The translations under genes were made by a program, and so were the position numbers. A stretch of DNA of 64,000 nucleotides from Verrucomicrobiota bacterium (GTDB lineage: Bacteria > Verrucomicrobiota > Verrucomicrobiia > Opitutales > Opitutaceae). Position 1 is the stretch's first letter, and every line of letters starts with the position of its first letter. Where the stretch lies: assembly GCA_030605125.1 (NCBI GenBank), contig JAUWBD010000002.1, forward strand, positions 13,179 through 77,178, written 5' to 3'. The notes below the pieces were generated by a model that was not told the DNA's origin, did not search any database, and was given only the letters and a program-made list of their open reading frames with translations. Below, one piece after another: positions 1 to 8,304 of this stretch.

Positions 1-549
1 ATCGACGACCGCAACGCGATCCTGTTTCCCGAAAAGATCGGCGGCCGCTACGCCGTATTGAGGCGTCCACTACACGCTGCCGGCGCCGCCGCGCCCGCGC
101 AGGGTTCGCACATCTGGATCAGCTTTTCCGACGACCTGCGCGTCTGGTCCGAGCCCGAGATCCTCGCTCGCGCCCAGTTTCCGTGGGAGAGCAACCGCAT
201 CGGCGGATCGACGCCCCCGATCCGCACCGAGGCGGGCTGGCTGGTGTTTTACCACGGCGTGGAGGACGAGCGTCGCGACGTGAAACGCGTGGTCTATCGC
301 ATGGGCGCGATGCTGCTCGCGCTCGACGACCCGCGGCGCGTGCTCGCGCGTTGCCCGCTGCCGCTCCTCCAGCCCGAAACCTACTACGAGCGCGTCGGCG
401 CCTACATCCCGAACGTCGTCTTCCCCACCGCCTGCGTCGTGCGCGACGACACGCTCTGGCTCTACTATGGCGTCTGCGACACCGCCATCTGCCTCGCCCG
501 CGCCTCGATGTCGGAGGTGTTGGCCGAGGTGCTGCGCCATCCGGCATGA
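1..549 (+). CDS. GH130-family glycosidase/phosphorylase, 5'-truncated
   Basis: Frame open from base 1: DDRNAILFPEKIGGRY, WESNRIGGSTPPIRTEAGWLVFYHGV, YRMGAMLLALDDP, IPNVVFPTA, LYYGVCDT are typical GH130 beta-propeller motifs. Confidence 0.85.
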   Translation: MDDRNAILFPEKIGGRYAVLRRPLHAAGAAAPAQGSHIWISFSDDLRVWSEPEILARAQFPWESNRIGGSTPPIRTEAGWLVFYHGVEDERRDVKRVVYRMGAMLLALDDPRRVLARCPLPLLQPETYYERVGAYIPNVVFPTACVVRDDTLWLYYGVCDTAICLARASMSEVLAEVLRHPA

Positions 550-2105
550 ACCCTTCCGCCTCGATCCACGCCGGGCCCAAGAATCCGCGCTCGCCACTCC
601 CGCCGACGGCGCGACCCGATCTGCCGCCCCTGCGCGCCGGCCCGCTCGCGCTCTGGTTTCAACCCGAGGACGCCCGCCTGCGTCACATCTGCGCCGGCGG
701 CGTCGAGTTGATCCGCGGCATCACCGCCCCCGTCCGCGACGCGCGCTGGCGCACGCTCCCGATCCGCTTGGAGAACCTGCACGTCGAGCGCGGCACCGAC
801 CACTTTCGCGTGAGCTTCGACGCGCTTTGCCACGCGGGCGACGTCGCCTATCGCTGGCGCGGCGACTACGAGGGAAGCGCCGCGGGCGAGTTGCGCTTGC
901 GCTTCTCCGGCGAGTCGCTCGGCGAGTTTCGCGCCTGCCGCATCGGCTTCTGCGTGCTCCACCCCGCCGAAGTCGCGGGCCGTCCGCTGATCGTGGAGCA
1001 CACCGACGGTCGGCGCACCCACGGCCAGTTTCCCACCCGCATCTCGCCCCATCAACCCGCCCAAGACATCCGCGCGCTCACCGTGGACCACGCGCCGGGC
1101 CTCGTCTGGGTCGCGCGACTCGAGGGCGACACCTTCGAGATGGAGGATCAACGCAACTGGCTCGACGCCTCCTTCAAAACCTACTGCACGCCGCTCTCGC
1201 GCCCGCATCCCGTCCTCGTTCGACCGGGCGACTGCGTTGAGCAGAGCGTCCACCTCTCGCTGCTCCACGCCGAGACCGTGCCGTGGATCGAGCCCGCCGC
1301 GCCGCCGCATCCGCCCGCCCCGCGTCCCGCCGCCGGAGCGCCTCGCCCGGCGCTCGGCCTCGCCTGGCCGAGCGACGACACCGCGCCGCTCTCGCCGACC
1401 GAACGCGCCGCGCTGCGCGCCCTCGGCCTCGATCATCTTCGCGTGGACATCCGCCTCGACGACGCGGACGCCATGCGGGCCGCGCAGGTGGGGCTCGCCG
1501 AGGCCGCGGAGGCCGGCCTGCCCGTCGAGCTCGCGCTCCACCTCGACGAAGCCAACGCCTCCGAGGCCGAGGCCTGGGCCCGCGCCCACGTCGGCGTGAT
1601 CGCGCGCTGGATCATCGTCGAGCGCGGCCGCCCCGCCCTCACCGACCCGCGCTGGCCCGCCGCGCTGCGCGCTTGGCGCGCCGACCACCCGCCGGTGCCC
1701 GTGATCGGCGGCGGCGATCGCGAGTTTACCGCGCTCAATCGCAACCCACCGCCCGCCTCCGCGCTCGATGGCGTATCCTTCGGCTGCACGCCCCAATCCC
1801 ACGCGCACGACGAGCGCTCCATCCTCGAGACGCCCGCCATGCTCCCGCTCGTCGTCGCGCAGGCGCGCGAGCTCGGCGGTGGCCGGCCCGTCCACGTCGG
1901 CGTGATCACGCTGCACCCCGCCGGCCGCGTCGCCGCGGGCGAAGATCCGCGCCTCGCCACCGCCCTCGGCGCGGAGTGGACGCGCGCCGCGATCGAGGCG
2001 CTCACGGCCGGCGGCGCCGCCAGCGCCACCTTCTACACCGTGCGCGGCGTGCTCGCAGCGCCCGCGCTGCAACCCCTCTTCCGCGCCTCGCGCCCCTCCG
2101 CATGA
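546..2105 (+). CDS. apnL: Probable D-apionate lactonase
   Basis: ATG 546 overlaps upstream TGA (ATGA). N-terminus LRAGPLALWF..LRHICAGGVELIRGITAPVRDARWRT and FEMEDQRNWLDASFKTYCTPL resemble ApnL; context of apnO/apsD-like genes. Confidence 0.7.
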   Translation: MNPSASIHAGPKNPRSPLPPTARPDLPPLRAGPLALWFQPEDARLRHICAGGVELIRGITAPVRDARWRTLPIRLENLHVERGTDHFRVSFDALCHAGDVAYRWRGDYEGSAAGELRLRFSGESLGEFRACRIGFCVLHPAEVAGRPLIVEHTDGRRTHGQFPTRISPHQPAQDIRALTVDHAPGLVWVARLEGDTFEMEDQRNWLDASFKTYCTPLSRPHPVLVRPGDCVEQSVHLSLLHAETVPWIEPAAPPHPPAPRPAAGAPRPALGLAWPSDDTAPLSPTERAALRALGLDHLRVDIRLDDADAMRAAQVGLAEAAEAGLPVELALHLDEANASEAEAWARAHVGVIARWIIVERGRPALTDPRWPAALRAWRADHPPVPVIGGGDREFTALNRNPPPASALDGVSFGCTPQSHAHDERSILETPAMLPLVVAQARELGGGRPVHVGVITLHPAGRVAAGEDPRLATALGAEWTRAAIEALTAGGAASATFYTVRGVLAAPALQPLFRASRPSA

Positions 2106-2926
2106 AAATCGGCCTCACCTCCTACGCCTACGCCTGGGCCATCGGCGTGCCGGGCTTTCCCGAGCCGGAAAGCCCGATGAGCGCCTCCGCCCTCCTCCGC
2201 CGCGCCGCCTCGCTCGGCCTCGAGGTGGTGCAGCTTTGCGACAACCTTCCACTGCTCGCGCTCGATTCCCCCGCGCGCCGCGCCCTCGCCGCCGAGGCCG
2301 CCGCCCTGCGCCTAGAGCTCGAGCTCGGCGGCCGCGGCCTAACGCCGCAAAACCTCGACGACCACCTCGTCCTCGCCCGCGATCTCGGCGCGCGCCTGCT
2401 CCGCTTCGTCATCGACGGGCCGGGCAACTACCACCCCTCGCTCGACGAGGCCGCCGCCATCATCCGCCCGCGCCTCACCGCGCTCGAGGAAGCCGGCCTC
2501 ACGCTCGCGATCGAGAACCACGACCGCTTCCGCGCCGTCGAGCTCGCCGCCTGCGTCCGCTCGCTCGCGCACCCGCGCGTCGGCATCTGCCTCGACACCG
2601 CCAACTCGCTCGGCGCGGGCGAGGATTTCTCCACCGTCTTCGCCGCGCTCGGCCCCCTCGCGGTCAACCTCCACGTCAAGGACGTGCTCGTGCGCCGGCT
2701 GCCGCACCAGCTCGGTTTCAGCGTCAACGGCTGCGCGGCCGGCCGCGGCGTCGTCGCCCTCGCCCTTCCCGCCGCGCTCGCCTCGCTCGCCGCCGGAACG
2801 CGTTGCCGATCCGTCCTGCTCGAGTCCTGGCCTGAGCCCGGCCCCGACCTCGCCGAGACCTGCGCCCGCGACGACGCCTGGGCCGCCGAGGGCGCGGCCT
2901 GGATCAAACCTCTTTTGCACCAATGA
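2102..2926 (+). CDS. oiaC: Xylose-isomerase-like TIM barrel, probable 3-oxo-isoapionate decarboxylase
   Basis: ATGA overlap at 2102; IENHD, CLDTANS, NLHVKD metal motifs of the AP-endonuclease-2/TIM family; position between apnL and apnO. Confidence 0.6.
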   Translation: MKIGLTSYAYAWAIGVPGFPEPESPMSASALLRRAASLGLEVVQLCDNLPLLALDSPARRALAAEAAALRLELELGGRGLTPQNLDDHLVLARDLGARLLRFVIDGPGNYHPSLDEAAAIIRPRLTALEEAGLTLAIENHDRFRAVELAACVRSLAHPRVGICLDTANSLGAGEDFSTVFAALGPLAVNLHVKDVLVRRLPHQLGFSVNGCAAGRGVVALALPAALASLAAGTRCRSVLLESWPEPGPDLAETCARDDAWAAEGAAWIKPLLHQ

Positions 2927-3762
2927 AGATCAAGACCATCGCCATCCTCGGCGCGGGCGGAAAAATGGGCATCCGCACCGGCGACAAACTCCGCGCCCAC
3001 GGCGGCTACGAGATCCTCGCCGTCGAGACCGGCGAGGCCGGCCGCGCCCGCCTCGCCGAGCGCGGCGTCACCCCGCTCACCGCCGACGAGGCGCTGCCCC
3101 GCGCCGACGCGCTCATTCTCGCCGTGCCCGACCGCGCGATCAAGGACGTCGCCCCCGCCGTGATTCCCCTGCTGCGGCCGGGCGCCCTCGTCATCTCGCT
3201 CGATCCCGCCGCGGCCTACGCCGGCATCATCCCGGTGCGGCCCGACCTCGCCTACTTCGTCACCCACCCCTGCCACCCGCCGATCTACCACGGCGAGACG
3301 AGCCCCGAGGCCTTGACCGACTACTTCGGCGGCATCGCCGCGCGGCAGAGCGTCGTCTCCGCGCTCTACGCCGGCCCCGAGGAGGCCTACGCGGCGGGCG
3401 AGCAGATCGCCGCGCTCATGTTCGCGCCCATCCTGCGCCTGCACCGGATCAGCGTGGAGCAGATGGCCTTCCTCGAGCCCGGCGTGGTCGAGAGCACCAC
3501 CAGCTCGCTCCTCGTCGCCTGCAAGGAGGCGCTCGACGAAGCGGTGAAGTTCGGCGTGCCCCCCGAGGCCGCGCGCGATTTCGTGCTCGGCCACATCCAG
3601 GTGCAGCTCGCGGTGATCTTCGGCTACGCACCCTTCCCCTTCAGCGACGGCGCCTACAAGGCCATCGAGATCGCCAAGACCCGCATCCTCCGCGACGACT
3701 GGAAAACCCCGATGACGCTCCCCGCCATCCAGGACGCCGTGAAACAGATCGTCGCCGTCTGA
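2923..3762 (+). CDS. apnO: Probable D-apionate oxidoisomerase
   Basis: Rossmann GAGGKMG, VTHPCHPP motif, EQMAFLEPG; ATGA overlap at 2923. Confidence 0.75.
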   Translation: MKIKTIAILGAGGKMGIRTGDKLRAHGGYEILAVETGEAGRARLAERGVTPLTADEALPRADALILAVPDRAIKDVAPAVIPLLRPGALVISLDPAAAYAGIIPVRPDLAYFVTHPCHPPIYHGETSPEALTDYFGGIAARQSVVSALYAGPEEAYAAGEQIAALMFAPILRLHRISVEQMAFLEPGVVESTTSSLLVACKEALDEAVKFGVPPEAARDFVLGHIQVQLAVIFGYAPFPFSDGAYKAIEIAKTRILRDDWKTPMTLPAIQDAVKQIVAV

Positions 3763-3799
3763 TCGCTCCCCCCTCCGCCCCGCCCTCCTTCCCCCCGCC

Positions 3800-4834
3800 A
3801 TGGCAACCCCTTCCCGTCCCCTCCGTTTCGTCATCCTCGGCACCGGTTTCTGGGCGCGCTACCAGCTCGCCGGCTGGCGCGAGGTGCCCGGCCTCGAATG
3901 CGTCGGCGTGTGGAACCGCACCCGCGAAAAAGCCGAGGCCTTCGCGCGCGAGCACGGCGTGCCCCGCGTCTTCGCCAGCGCCGAGGAGGCCTGCGCCGCG
4001 CCCGGCATCGACTTCGTGGACATCATCACCGACGCCGATTCGCACGCGCCGCTCGCCGCCCTCGCCGCCCGCCACGGCCGCGCCGTCGTGGTGCAAAAAC
4101 CCATCGCGCCCACGCTCGCCACCGCCGAGACCATGGTCGCCGCCGCGCGCGCCGCCGGCCTGCCCCTGCTGGTCAACGAAAACTGGCGCTGGCAGGCCCC
4201 CCTGCGCGCGCTGGGCGAGACGCTGCGCACCGGCGTGCTCGGCGAGGTCTTCCGCGCGCGGCTGGATTTCATGAACGACTTCGACGTCTTCGCGAACCAG
4301 CCCTTCCTGCGCACGCTGCCCCGCTTCATCCTCACCGACCTCGGCGTGCACGTGCTCGACACCGCGCGCTGGCTCTTCGGCGAGCCCGCCTCGCTCTTCG
4401 CCCGCACCCGCCGCGTGCGGCCCGACATCGCCGGCGAGGACGTCGCCACCGTCGTGCTCAACCTCGCCTCGGGCGCCACCGTGGTCTGCTCGCTCTCCTA
4501 CGCGGGCAACCCCTACGAGCACCACCGCTTCCCCGACACCCTCGCCCTGGTCGAGGGCTCGCTCGGCTCGATCGAGCTCGCCGCCGACGGCTGGCTGCGC
4601 GTCACCACCCGCGAGGGCGTGCGCTCCCGCCGCGTAGCGGATCCGCACTACGCCTGGGCCGACGCCCGCTACGCCCGCGTCCACGCCAGCATCGTCGCCT
4701 GCCAGCGCCACCTCGCCGCCGCCCTGCGGGGCGAGACGCCCTGCGAGACCGACGCGACCGACAACCTTCGCACCCTCCGCCTCGTCGAGGCCGCCTACGA
4801 CTCCGCCGAGCGCGGCGCCGTGATCGCGCTCTGA
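3800..4834 (+). CDS. apsD: Gfo/Idh/MocA oxidoreductase, probable D-apiose dehydrogenase
   Basis: GTGFWA Rossmann start, VQKP, ENWRWQ, DLGVHVLD; operon context. Confidence 0.6.
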   Translation: MATPSRPLRFVILGTGFWARYQLAGWREVPGLECVGVWNRTREKAEAFAREHGVPRVFASAEEACAAPGIDFVDIITDADSHAPLAALAARHGRAVVVQKPIAPTLATAETMVAAARAAGLPLLVNENWRWQAPLRALGETLRTGVLGEVFRARLDFMNDFDVFANQPFLRTLPRFILTDLGVHVLDTARWLFGEPASLFARTRRVRPDIAGEDVATVVLNLASGATVVCSLSYAGNPYEHHRFPDTLALVEGSLGSIELAADGWLRVTTREGVRSRRVADPHYAWADARYARVHASIVACQRHLAAALRGETPCETDATDNLRTLRLVEAAYDSAERGAVIAL

Positions 4835-4893
4835 GGCTCGGCCACCCGCCGCCCCGCTTCCCGCAACATCCACAAACTCGCACCACCCCCACC

Positions 4894-6264
4894 ATGGCCG
4901 GCGCCACCTCCACGCTTCACCTCCTCAAGGAAGAGTTCATCCAGCGCAGCGACGAAGGCTGCCTCATCCCGCCCGCGCTCCGCCGACAGTTCGAGGCGCT
5001 CGACCAAAAGGCCAACCGCTGGGACACCGCCCTCGCCGACCCGATCTACGACGCGCTCATGCGCCTGCCCGAGGACCGCGCCCTCGCCGACCGCGAGCCC
5101 AACGACCTCGCCGCCATCCGCGCCCTCGCGCCCGCCGCCCCGCCCCTCCCCGCCTGGTCGCCCGACGACGCCACGCTCCTCGACCGCCTCCACGGCGCCT
5201 GGCTCGGCCGCGCCACCGGCTGCGCCCTCGGCAAACCCGTTGAAAACCGCGCCCTCCAGCGCGACGCCGCCGGCCGCCTCGACGGCCGCCGCCGCGTGCG
5301 TGACTACCTCGAGAAACGCGGCGACTGGCCGCTCGCCGATTTCATCTCCAATCGCGACGTCGGCGACGGCGACAAGATCCCCGCCTTCCGCTCCTACCGC
5401 GAAAACATCGCCTTCATGGAGTCCGACGACGACATGTTCTACACCGCCGTCGGTCTCGTCGCCCTGGAAAACCACGGCCGCGACCTCACCTGGATGCAGA
5501 TCGCCCGCGCCTGGTTGCGCCACATCCCGATCGCCTCGCTCTGCACCGCCGAGATCAACGCCGTCACCAACCTCCTCTCCCGCTCCGCCGCCGCCAAGGA
5601 GGGCGACGCCACGCCCGAGTGGTGCCGCCGCCACCGCAACCCCTACCGCGAATGGATCGGCGCCCAGATCCGCGCCGACGCCTGGGCCTACGCCGCCGCC
5701 GGCGACCCCGCCCTCGCCGCCGAGCTCGCCTGGCGCGACGCCTCCTGGACGCACGAGCGCAACGGCATCTACGGCGCGATGTTTTTCGCCGCGATGATCG
5801 CCGCCGCCTTTGTCGAGACCGACCTCGGGCGCCTGATCGACGTCGGCCTCGCCCACATCCCCGCCGACTGCCGCCTCGCCCGCTGGGTCCGCCGCTGCCG
5901 CGAGTGGTGCGCCGCCTCGCCCGACTGGGAGGGGGCGATGCAGCGCCTCGAGGACGAGCTCAACGAGATGCACGCCGTGCACACGATCAACAACGCCCTC
6001 GTCGTGCTCATCGCGCTGCACTACGGCCGCGGCCGGCTCGACGACACGGTGTGCATCGCGACCATGTGCGCGCTCGACACCGACTGCAACGCCGCCACCG
6101 CCGGATCGGTCGTGGGCGCGATGCTCGGCCGCGCCGCGCTCGGCAGCCGCCTCGCCCCGCGCCTGAACGACCGCGCGCGGCTCGACATGATCGGCTTCCA
6201 CGACGTGTCCTTCGCCGAGCTCGCCGCCCGCCACGCCGCCGTCTGGCACACCTTGCGCGCCTGA
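4894..6264 (+). CDS. ADP-ribosylglycohydrolase-family protein
   Basis: GAWLGRATGCALG, ESDDDMFYT, IGAQIRADAWAY, LDTDCNAATAGS: Mg-binding ARH/DraG motifs. Confidence 0.85.
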   Translation: MAGATSTLHLLKEEFIQRSDEGCLIPPALRRQFEALDQKANRWDTALADPIYDALMRLPEDRALADREPNDLAAIRALAPAAPPLPAWSPDDATLLDRLHGAWLGRATGCALGKPVENRALQRDAAGRLDGRRRVRDYLEKRGDWPLADFISNRDVGDGDKIPAFRSYRENIAFMESDDDMFYTAVGLVALENHGRDLTWMQIARAWLRHIPIASLCTAEINAVTNLLSRSAAAKEGDATPEWCRRHRNPYREWIGAQIRADAWAYAAAGDPALAAELAWRDASWTHERNGIYGAMFFAAMIAAAFVETDLGRLIDVGLAHIPADCRLARWVRRCREWCAASPDWEGAMQRLEDELNEMHAVHTINNALVVLIALHYGRGRLDDTVCIATMCALDTDCNAATAGSVVGAMLGRAALGSRLAPRLNDRARLDMIGFHDVSFAELAARHAAVWHTLRA

Positions 6265-6413
6265 TCCGCCGCGCCACAGTGGCGTTTTACTATTTTATCT
6301 TAAAACACGCGGGGTCTCGCGGGGGGCCCTGGCGCTTCCATTTTGGCGTCAATCGGCAAAAGCATCCCTGCGTCCGCACGGTCGCCGCGCCGCTCGAAAA
6401 CGCCCCCAGCCCC

Positions 6414-7211
6414 ATGGAAAAATACTCCCGCCTCCTCTCCGCAGTCCTTGGCGCCGCCCTGGCTCTTCCTTCGATCTCCACCGCGAGCATCATCGCCTAC
6501 GACTCCTTTCTCTATCCCGAAAACGCGCCGCTCGCCGGGCAATCCGGAGGCGGCGGCCAGTGGAGCGAGCCGTGGTCGGTGGCGCAAAACATCACCCACG
6601 CGGTCATCGAGCGCGGGTCGGTGCGATTTGGCGACGGCTCCGGGAACCCCCTCGGCGACGCCTCGAAGGAGTCCTCCGCCTCACGCAGTTTCGCGAGCTA
6701 TTCCGGCCAGACGGTGTTCCTGAAATTCTCCTTCGTCCTCGCGCACGGCACCAGCGCCGATCCGGACCGCTTCTACCTTCGGTTGAGCGGACGCGGCGCC
6801 GGCGGCGGCTGGGGAACGCTCGAAGTCGGCACCGGCCTCAATCACGCGTTTGCCAGCGACACCCCCTCCGCGAAAGGCGACCAGCGCATCACCGCGCGCG
6901 TCCACAGCACCGCGGCGCATCGTGTCGCGGCCGGCGGACAGGTGTCGGACTCCGTTGAATACACCGTCGTCGTGGAGCTCTCCAAAAACGACCCGGCGCC
7001 CACCAGCCGCTACTCCACCCTCCGGCTTTGGGTGAATCCCGCGGCCAACGACTACGACGCCGCGGAAGTGAGGCAGATCAGCTACAACCAGATGCTCTAC
7101 TCCGTGAACAAGCTCTTCGTTTTCCTCGATGAAACCGAACCGGGCGACGTTTTCCGCCTTCACGACGTCATGGTCGCCACCTCCTGGGAGGATGTGACGG
7201 CGGCGCATTGA
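6414..7211 (+). CDS. Secreted hypothetical protein (resembles PEP-CTERM passenger domains but has no sorting tail)
   Basis: Signal peptide MEKYSRLLSAVLGAALALPSISTA; AYDSFLY..LAGQSGGGGQWSEPW start; ends VATSWEDVTAAH*. Confidence 0.7.
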   Translation: MEKYSRLLSAVLGAALALPSISTASIIAYDSFLYPENAPLAGQSGGGGQWSEPWSVAQNITHAVIERGSVRFGDGSGNPLGDASKESSASRSFASYSGQTVFLKFSFVLAHGTSADPDRFYLRLSGRGAGGGWGTLEVGTGLNHAFASDTPSAKGDQRITARVHSTAAHRVAAGGQVSDSVEYTVVVELSKNDPAPTSRYSTLRLWVNPAANDYDAAEVRQISYNQMLYSVNKLFVFLDETEPGDVFRLHDVMVATSWEDVTAAH

Positions 7212-7392
7212 TCCGAGTTTAGACGGCGCCGACAGCCTTGCGCTTTCGTCGCGCTAAATTTCGTCATGCGAAGCTATCCACGACGCTTCGCCCAGATTTC
7301 ACACGCCGCCCCTAAACCGGGGCGTTGATTATTCGTCCTAGACCGAAGGGCAGACTCTACTTCAGCGTGGTGGCACTCCCGCTCCCTCGCAG

Positions 7393-8298
7393 ATGCCCGC
7401 CCCGGAAAGCTCCTTGCTCAGCGTCGCCCGCCTCGGCGTCGGCTGGGAACACGATGAAAACTTCGTCATCGATCGTCCCGGCACCGGCGACTACCTGCTC
7501 ATCCACTTCACCCGGCCCGCGCTGATCACGCTCGGCGGCCAGACCCACCGCTGCCCGCCGCACACCTGCATCCTCTACACGCCGGACCACGACCAGACCT
7601 ACCGCGGCGACGGCTGCGGCCTCTCCGACAACTGGATCCATTTCCTCGGCGATTCGGTCGAGGCCCTCGCCCGCCGGCACGAGATCCCGCTCAACCGGCC
7701 CTTCCGGCTCGCGCAGGCCGCCTTCGTGCCGGCCGTGATCAACGAGATGCGCACCGAGATCCACCGCAAGGAGCCGCACTACGCCGAGGTCGTGGACCTC
7801 TTGCTCCGCCAGCTCTTCCTCCTGCTCCAGCGGCACATCGAGCTGAGCTCGCGCAAGCGGCTCACCGGCCGCAAGGCCGAGCTCGCCGCCGCGCTCGGCG
7901 ACGTGCAGGCGCGCGTGCTCGGCACGCTCGACCACCCGTGGACGGTGCGCGAGATGGCGGCGTCGGTGCACCTCAGCCGCTCGCGCTACATGGGGCTCTA
8001 CCGCGAGTTTTTCGGCGGCTCGCCGGTCGAAGATTTGATCAACGCCCGCGTGAAGCACGCCCAGTGGCTGCTCTCCGCCACCACCCTCGCGGTCGGGCAG
8101 GTGGCGGGCGAATGCGGCTTCCGCAGCCTCTACCACTTCAGCCGGCTCTTCAAAAAACGCGTCGGCTGCTCGCCCTCGGAGTTCGCCAGCAAGTTCGGCA
8201 AGGCCACCTCGCTCGGCCGCGGGGTCAACGAGACCATCGCCGACAAGGGCGTGCAGTTCCCCTTCGTCGAGATGCCGCGGGCGAAGAGGAAACGCTGA
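7393..8298 (+). CDS. AraC-family transcriptional regulator
   Basis: N-terminal cupin (DYLLIHF, NWIHF) and C-terminal double HTH (WTVREMAASVHLSRS..GFRSLYHFSRLFKKRVGCSPSEF). Confidence 0.92.
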   Translation: MPAPESSLLSVARLGVGWEHDENFVIDRPGTGDYLLIHFTRPALITLGGQTHRCPPHTCILYTPDHDQTYRGDGCGLSDNWIHFLGDSVEALARRHEIPLNRPFRLAQAAFVPAVINEMRTEIHRKEPHYAEVVDLLLRQLFLLLQRHIELSSRKRLTGRKAELAAALGDVQARVLGTLDHPWTVREMAASVHLSRSRYMGLYREFFGGSPVEDLINARVKHAQWLLSATTLAVGQVAGECGFRSLYHFSRLFKKRVGCSPSEFASKFGKATSLGRGVNETIADKGVQFPFVEMPRAKRKR

Positions 8299-8304
8299 CG
8301 CCGC

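Noticed and set aside
183-545. N-terminal extension of the apnL-like ORF (also seen for ORFs starting at 1283, 3898, 5619, 11374, 16917, 17828, 28206, 41957 and 42795)
   Set aside because: Arg/Pro-rich off-frame overlaps with upstream genes; starts reassigned to downstream ATGs, often in ATGA overlaps
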